From Sphingomonadales bacterium (GTDB taxonomy: Bacteria; Pseudomonadota; Alphaproteobacteria; Sphingomonadales; Sphingomonadaceae), in NCBI GenBank assembly GCA_043782885.1, contig JAYVZY010000031.1, positions 1 to 30,922 of the forward strand: 30,922 nucleotides of DNA, given 5' to 3'. The translations under genes were made by a program, and so were the position numbers. The notes under the pieces are model-generated. The model searched no databases. It worked only from the letters and a program-made list of their open reading frames with translations, and was not told the DNA's origin. This document shows positions 26,575 to 30,922 of this stretch, piece by piece; within the stretch, counting starts at the first letter, position 1, and every line of letters starts with the position of its first letter.

Positions 26575-27833
26575 TGAAAATAAAAGGCCTGCGTTGGTGG
26601 ATCATCTCGCTGATCACATTGGGCACCATCGTCAATTATCTTGCGCGCAACACGCTGAGCGTGCTCGCGCCGCAACTGCAAACACAAATGCACGTCACAA
26701 CGGCGCAATACAGCTATGTCGTCGGCGCGTTTCAGCTCGCTTATACCGTGATGCAGCCGGTGTGCGGCTTTGTGGTGGATCGGCTCGGGCTGCGGCTTGG
26801 CTTTGCGCTGTTTGCCGTCGCTTGGTCGCTCGCCAATATGGCGCATGCGCTGGCGACGGGGTGGATGGGGCTGGCGGCTTTCCGTGGCTTGCTTGGCATG
26901 AGCGAGGCGGCGGCGATTCCGTCGGGCGTCAAAGCCTCGTCGATGTGGTTTCCGGCGCGCGAACGGTCGATGGCGGTAGGCTGGTTCAATCTCGGCACAT
27001 CACTGGGCGCGATGATCGCGCCCGTGCTCGTGGTGGCCGTCACGCTTGCGTATAACTGGCAGATGGCGTTTATCGTCACCGGCGCGATGGGGCTGGTTTG
27101 GGCGGCACTCTGGTATGCTTTCTATCGCGATCCGGCAGACCACCCGGCATTGGGCGATGCGGAGCGCACGCTCATCATGACGGATCGACCACCGGTGCGG
27201 AAGTCAACACTAACGCCGCTCCAATTGCTGCGCACGCCAAAATTCTGGACAATCGCCATCCCGCGCTTCCTCTCTGAGCCCGCTTGGCAGGTATTCAGCT
27301 TTTGGATTCCGCTCTATCTCGCGCACGAGCGGGGCATGGATTTGAAGCATATCGCTGCCTTCGCTTGGCTGCCATTCCTCGCGGCGGATGCGGGTGCGCT
27401 TACGGGCGGCTATATCGCGCCGTTTTTGATCAAGACTTTCGGCGTACGAATCATCCCCTCGCGCGTCTATGGCGTTGCGGGAGCGGCGTTGTTGATGATT
27501 GGGCCCGGCTGCATTGGGCTGGTCGCCAGCCCCTATATGGCGATTGCGCTGTTCTGCGTAGGCGGCTTCGCGCATCAAACGCTTTCGATCCTCATCAACA
27601 CGCTCACCGCCGATGTCTATGCCCCTGAGGACGTCGGTATGGCGAATGGCTTTGTCGGGCAAATGGGCTGGATTGGCGGGCTTTTGTTCTCGCTACTCAT
27701 CGGGCAATTGGCGGATAAGGTCGGCTTTGGCCCGCTGTTCGGCGCGCTGGGGGTGTTCGATCTGATTGGTGCGGCGGTTTTGATACTGGCGATTAAACAG
27801 CTCGTCCCCTTTGGAGCGGAGTCCAAGGCGTGA
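26571..27833 (+). CDS. exuT: MFS hexuronate transporter, ExuT-like
   Basis: KGLRWWII...NYLARN, about 12 hydrophobic segments, WFPARERS, RFLSEPAW and FWIPLYL; ATGA overlap with uxuB places the start at 26571. Confidence 0.88.
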   Translation: MMKIKGLRWWIISLITLGTIVNYLARNTLSVLAPQLQTQMHVTTAQYSYVVGAFQLAYTVMQPVCGFVVDRLGLRLGFALFAVAWSLANMAHALATGWMGLAAFRGLLGMSEAAAIPSGVKASSMWFPARERSMAVGWFNLGTSLGAMIAPVLVVAVTLAYNWQMAFIVTGAMGLVWAALWYAFYRDPADHPALGDAERTLIMTDRPPVRKSTLTPLQLLRTPKFWTIAIPRFLSEPAWQVFSFWIPLYLAHERGMDLKHIAAFAWLPFLAADAGALTGGYIAPFLIKTFGVRIIPSRVYGVAGAALLMIGPGCIGLVASPYMAIALFCVGGFAHQTLSILINTLTADVYAPEDVGMANGFVGQMGWIGGLLFSLLIGQLADKVGFGPLFGALGVFDLIGAAVLILAIKQLVPFGAESKA

Positions 27834-29917
27834 GGGTGGCGAAGCTCTCCGCACCGCCGCTGTTCCATATTGCTGCGCACGAAGGCGCCATCGTCACACT
27901 CGCGTCGGATACCGTGGCGGTCGCGCATGTATTTGTGTTGGAAGAAGACATCATCCGTCTGATGCTGCTCCCCGGTGGAAACATCAAAAGCCCGCCAAGC
28001 TGGGCGATTGCGCCGGGGATGGAGGACATCACCGAACCGGGACGCGACCGGATGAGTGTTGAGGACTTTGCCTGCCCTGCGTTCAAGCTAGCCGAGACGG
28101 AAGGGCAATTGACCATCGAGACTGCGCGCCTGCGTCTTGAAATTACCGTCAACGGCTTCCACTGCCGCTGGTTCCAGTGCGAAGGTGAGGCGTGGCGGCT
28201 GATCGCGCAAGATCGCCCGACACAGGCCTATAATTTTGGCTGGTGGGACGGCAAGGTTCACCATTATGTCGCGCGCGAACCCGGCGAACGCTATTATGGC
28301 TTGGGCGAGCGGAGCGGGGCGATAGATCGAGCTGGACGCCGCTTCCGGCTCGCGAACATCGATGCTATGGGCTATGACGCGGCGCGCACCGATCCGCTCT
28401 ATAAATCGATTCCCTATCTGCTGGTGGCGAATGCGGATGGCGCGTGCCACGGCGCGTTCTACGACAGTATGGCCGATGGCTTCATCGATTTGGGGCAGGA
28501 GCTTGACAATTATCACGGCCCTTATCGGCATTTTTGCGCCGATCATGGCGATTTTGACCTGTATATGATCGCGGGGCCAGACCCGCTTTCCGTCACGAAG
28601 CGATTCACATGGCTGACGGGCAAACCGGCCCTCATGCCGCGATGGTCGCTCGGCTATTCCGGCTCGACGATGAGCTATACCGATGCGCCCGATGCGCAGG
28701 CGCAAATGGGGCAGTTCCTTGCAAAACTGGCGGAATATGGCATCGGCTGCACATCGTTCCATTTATCCTCGGGCTACACATCAATCGGCGATAAACGCTA
28801 TGTGTTCAATTGGAACCGCGACAAATTCCCCGATCCAGCCGGATTTGTGCGAAGCTATATGCAGGCGGGTGTGCGGCTGGTGGCGAACATCAAGCCCGCT
28901 CTGCTGACCGATCATCCGCGCTATGCCGGTTTGGCAGCGGAGGGATTGTTCGTGCACAATCCCGATGGCGAACCAACTGAAATCCAATATTGGGACGCAC
29001 TCGGTTCTGCGGTTGATTTCACCAATCCAAGGGCATGCCGCTGGTGGCAAGCCCAAGTGAAAACTGCCCTGCTCGACCTTGGCATAGTCGCGACATGGAA
29101 TGATAACAACGAGTATGAAGTGTGGGACTCGCTTGCCCTCACCCACGGGTTCGGCACGTCACGGCCGATAATCGAAGCTCGCGCGCTGCAACCCTTGCTA
29201 ATGATGCGCGCGTCGCGCGCCGCGCAGATGGCATATGCTCCCGACGCTCTGCCGTATGTTGTCACTCGCTCTGGCATGGCGGGACTCCACCGTTATGCAC
29301 AAACGTGGACGGGCGACAACCACACGAGTTGGGAAACACTACGCTTTAACATCAAGATGGGGTTGGGACTCGCGCTCTCTGGCATATCAAACATTGGCCA
29401 TGACGTGGGCGGTTTTGCAGGGCCAAAGCCCGATGCCGAACTCTTCCTGCGTTGGCTGCAAGCGGGCATACTGATGCCGCGCTTTAGCATCCACAGCTGG
29501 AACGAGGATGGCTCAGCCAACGAGCCTTGGATGTATCCCGAAATCCTCCCGAAGGTGCGCATGCTCATGAAGCTGCGCGAGAAGCTAGAGCCGTTTCTCT
29601 ATGACCTGATGCAACGCTATCACTCCGACTACGAACCCATCAGCCGCCCGATCTGGTTGAATTACCCTGAAGATGCAGAGGCCTGGGCGGATGGCGATGA
29701 CCATATGCTCGGGGCCGATCTGATGGTTTCCCTGGTCGTGGAGGAGGGAGCAATTACTCGCGCCGTGCGTTTCCCGGGCAAGGATGAATGGATCAATGTC
29801 TGGACAGGCGAGGTATATGGTGGCGGGAGCATTGCAATACTTCCCGCTCCGATTGACGGCCCGCCCTTGATGTTCCGGCGCGCGGGATCAGATATAATGC
29901 TAAATCTCGTACCGTAG
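27830..29917 (+). CDS. GH31 glycoside hydrolase, no signal peptide, specificity unknown
   Basis: YGLGERSG, DPLYKSIPY, nucleophile WNDNNE (D425), acid/base WTGDN (D496), GHDVGGF and PRFSIHSW; GTGA overlap with exuT. Confidence 0.9.
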   Translation: MRVAKLSAPPLFHIAAHEGAIVTLASDTVAVAHVFVLEEDIIRLMLLPGGNIKSPPSWAIAPGMEDITEPGRDRMSVEDFACPAFKLAETEGQLTIETARLRLEITVNGFHCRWFQCEGEAWRLIAQDRPTQAYNFGWWDGKVHHYVAREPGERYYGLGERSGAIDRAGRRFRLANIDAMGYDAARTDPLYKSIPYLLVANADGACHGAFYDSMADGFIDLGQELDNYHGPYRHFCADHGDFDLYMIAGPDPLSVTKRFTWLTGKPALMPRWSLGYSGSTMSYTDAPDAQAQMGQFLAKLAEYGIGCTSFHLSSGYTSIGDKRYVFNWNRDKFPDPAGFVRSYMQAGVRLVANIKPALLTDHPRYAGLAAEGLFVHNPDGEPTEIQYWDALGSAVDFTNPRACRWWQAQVKTALLDLGIVATWNDNNEYEVWDSLALTHGFGTSRPIIEARALQPLLMMRASRAAQMAYAPDALPYVVTRSGMAGLHRYAQTWTGDNHTSWETLRFNIKMGLGLALSGISNIGHDVGGFAGPKPDAELFLRWLQAGILMPRFSIHSWNEDGSANEPWMYPEILPKVRMLMKLREKLEPFLYDLMQRYHSDYEPISRPIWLNYPEDAEAWADGDDHMLGADLMVSLVVEEGAITRAVRFPGKDEWINVWTGEVYGGGSIAILPAPIDGPPLMFRRAGSDIMLNLVP

Positions 29918-30070
29918 CTCCATACGTATTTTCCGCTGCAAGTAAAAATCAGCGTTTACACAATTTTCTATGTCTTTGAAATCGTAAAACCGTATCCGCC
30001 AGTGAGTAGTGCCGCTGCGGTATGTTTCTTGGTTGGCTCAATGTTAATGCAGGTGATCAACGACCGAAGT

Positions 30071-30922
30071 TCAACTGGTTGCCATTTTCGGCACGCCAGC
30101 GCCGCTTGCGGCTGCCTTCAACTGTTCACGCAACCAGCAAAGCCCCGGATCGTCCGTTCGTGCCGAATGATGTTGCATCATCTCGTTCATCACAGGCAAC
30201 GGAATTGGACATTCCGCTATCGCCAATGCGAGTGGAACACTAAGCAGATTTGCCAGCCGTTCATGCATCAATGCAAGACGGCTGGTGTTGCGCAGCATCC
30301 ACGGTGCCTGAATGAACGACGGTGCGACAATTTCGATGCGGCGACGATCGCCTGTTGCCTGAAGCGCTGCCTCGATAAAAGTTGGCTGTCCCTGAATTTG
30401 CACGCTGACATGGCCGCAATTATAAAAGTCTTCAACTGATGGCGGGCCACGCAAGATCGGATTGCTCGCGCAGCCGACAACCACGTGGCGCTCTACGAAC
30501 AGACGCTCGCTCGGATGGTCGGGAGCCAGAAATTGCTCGGGCGTCAGCAACAGATCGAGGTCCCCTTCTTCCATCGCCTTGCTGCTGGACGCGTCTGGCA
30601 AGCGCACTTCTATCTCGACCGAGGGCGCTTCGATTTGCAGATGTTCGAGCATAGGCGCGATGAGGACTGTTGTGATATAGTCCGAAGCGGCGATCTTAAA
30701 ACGCCGATCGGATCGGGCCGGGTCGAACGAGGTGGACGAAGCGATTAGGCTGCGCAGATTCTGTACGACCGCCGCAATCTCAGGCGCGAGTGCCAAAGCG
30801 CGTACGGTGGGAATCATCTTCTTGCCATGTTGTGCAAGAATCTCGTCGTTCAGTGCTTCGCGCAGTCGTTTGAGAGCAGCGCTCATTGCCGATTGAGTCA
30901 CGTTGAGCCGCCGTGCTGCCTG
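30071..30922 (-). CDS. LysR-family regulator (NodD-like), 5' end outside the window
   Basis: Frame is open to the window edge: QAARRLNVTQSAMSAALKRLRE HTH, then IAASDY and a substrate-binding domain. Confidence 0.9.
   Translation of the reverse strand, partial: QAARRLNVTQSAMSAALKRLREALNDEILAQHGKKMIPTVRALALAPEIAAVVQNLRSLIASSTSFDPARSDRRFKIAASDYITTVLIAPMLEHLQIEAPSVEIEVRLPDASSSKAMEEGDLDLLLTPEQFLAPDHPSERLFVERHVVVGCASNPILRGPPSVEDFYNCGHVSVQIQGQPTFIEAALQATGDRRRIEIVAPSFIQAPWMLRNTSRLALMHERLANLLSVPLALAIAECPIPLPVMNEMMQHHSARTDDPGLCWLREQLKAAASGAGVPKMATS

Noticed and set aside
10444-30922. Intact prophage or ICE at tRNA-Val; CRISPR array
   Set aside because: I found no intact integrase, phage or conjugation genes, attR repeat, or regularly spaced repeat-spacer array in the window.

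Overview
GC-rich alphaproteobacterial chromosome segment, most likely from a sphingomonad (inferred from gene order, cpdR, DUF4402 genes and a LigV-like dehydrogenase). Bases 1-10443 are conserved core: a partial quinone oxidoreductase, DUF1192, clpA, a lipase-like hydrolase, a KirBac channel, dihydroorotase, ygfZ, pgeF, msrB, two tandem secreted DUF4402 pilin-like genes, a SuhB/MmgR (alpha-r8)-like small RNA, N-formylglutamate amidohydrolase, cpdR and tRNA-Val(GAC). Downstream of the tRNA is a mosaic accessory region. It holds a secreted amidohydrolase, a thiolase 3' relic, a vanillin dehydrogenase-like gene with DUF3237, and a frameshifted tyrosine-integrase relic. It then holds a 15.4-kb glucuronate locus: GH2 beta-glucuronidase-like enzyme, TonB receptor, kdgK, manD, GntR regulator, Tat esterase, uxaC, uxuB, exuT and GH31. 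A partial LysR gene ends the window. The strongest leads are: (1) the GH31, which sits in the glucuronate operon and has a sulfoquinovosidase-like Arg loop, making it a candidate alpha-glucuronidase; (2) three copies of a 13-bp operator that tie the locus into one regulon; (3) a SuhB-like seed in the TonB receptor 3' UTR; (4) orphan pilin-like genes with a CtrA-like box. All family assignments come from motif recognition by eye; no searches were run.
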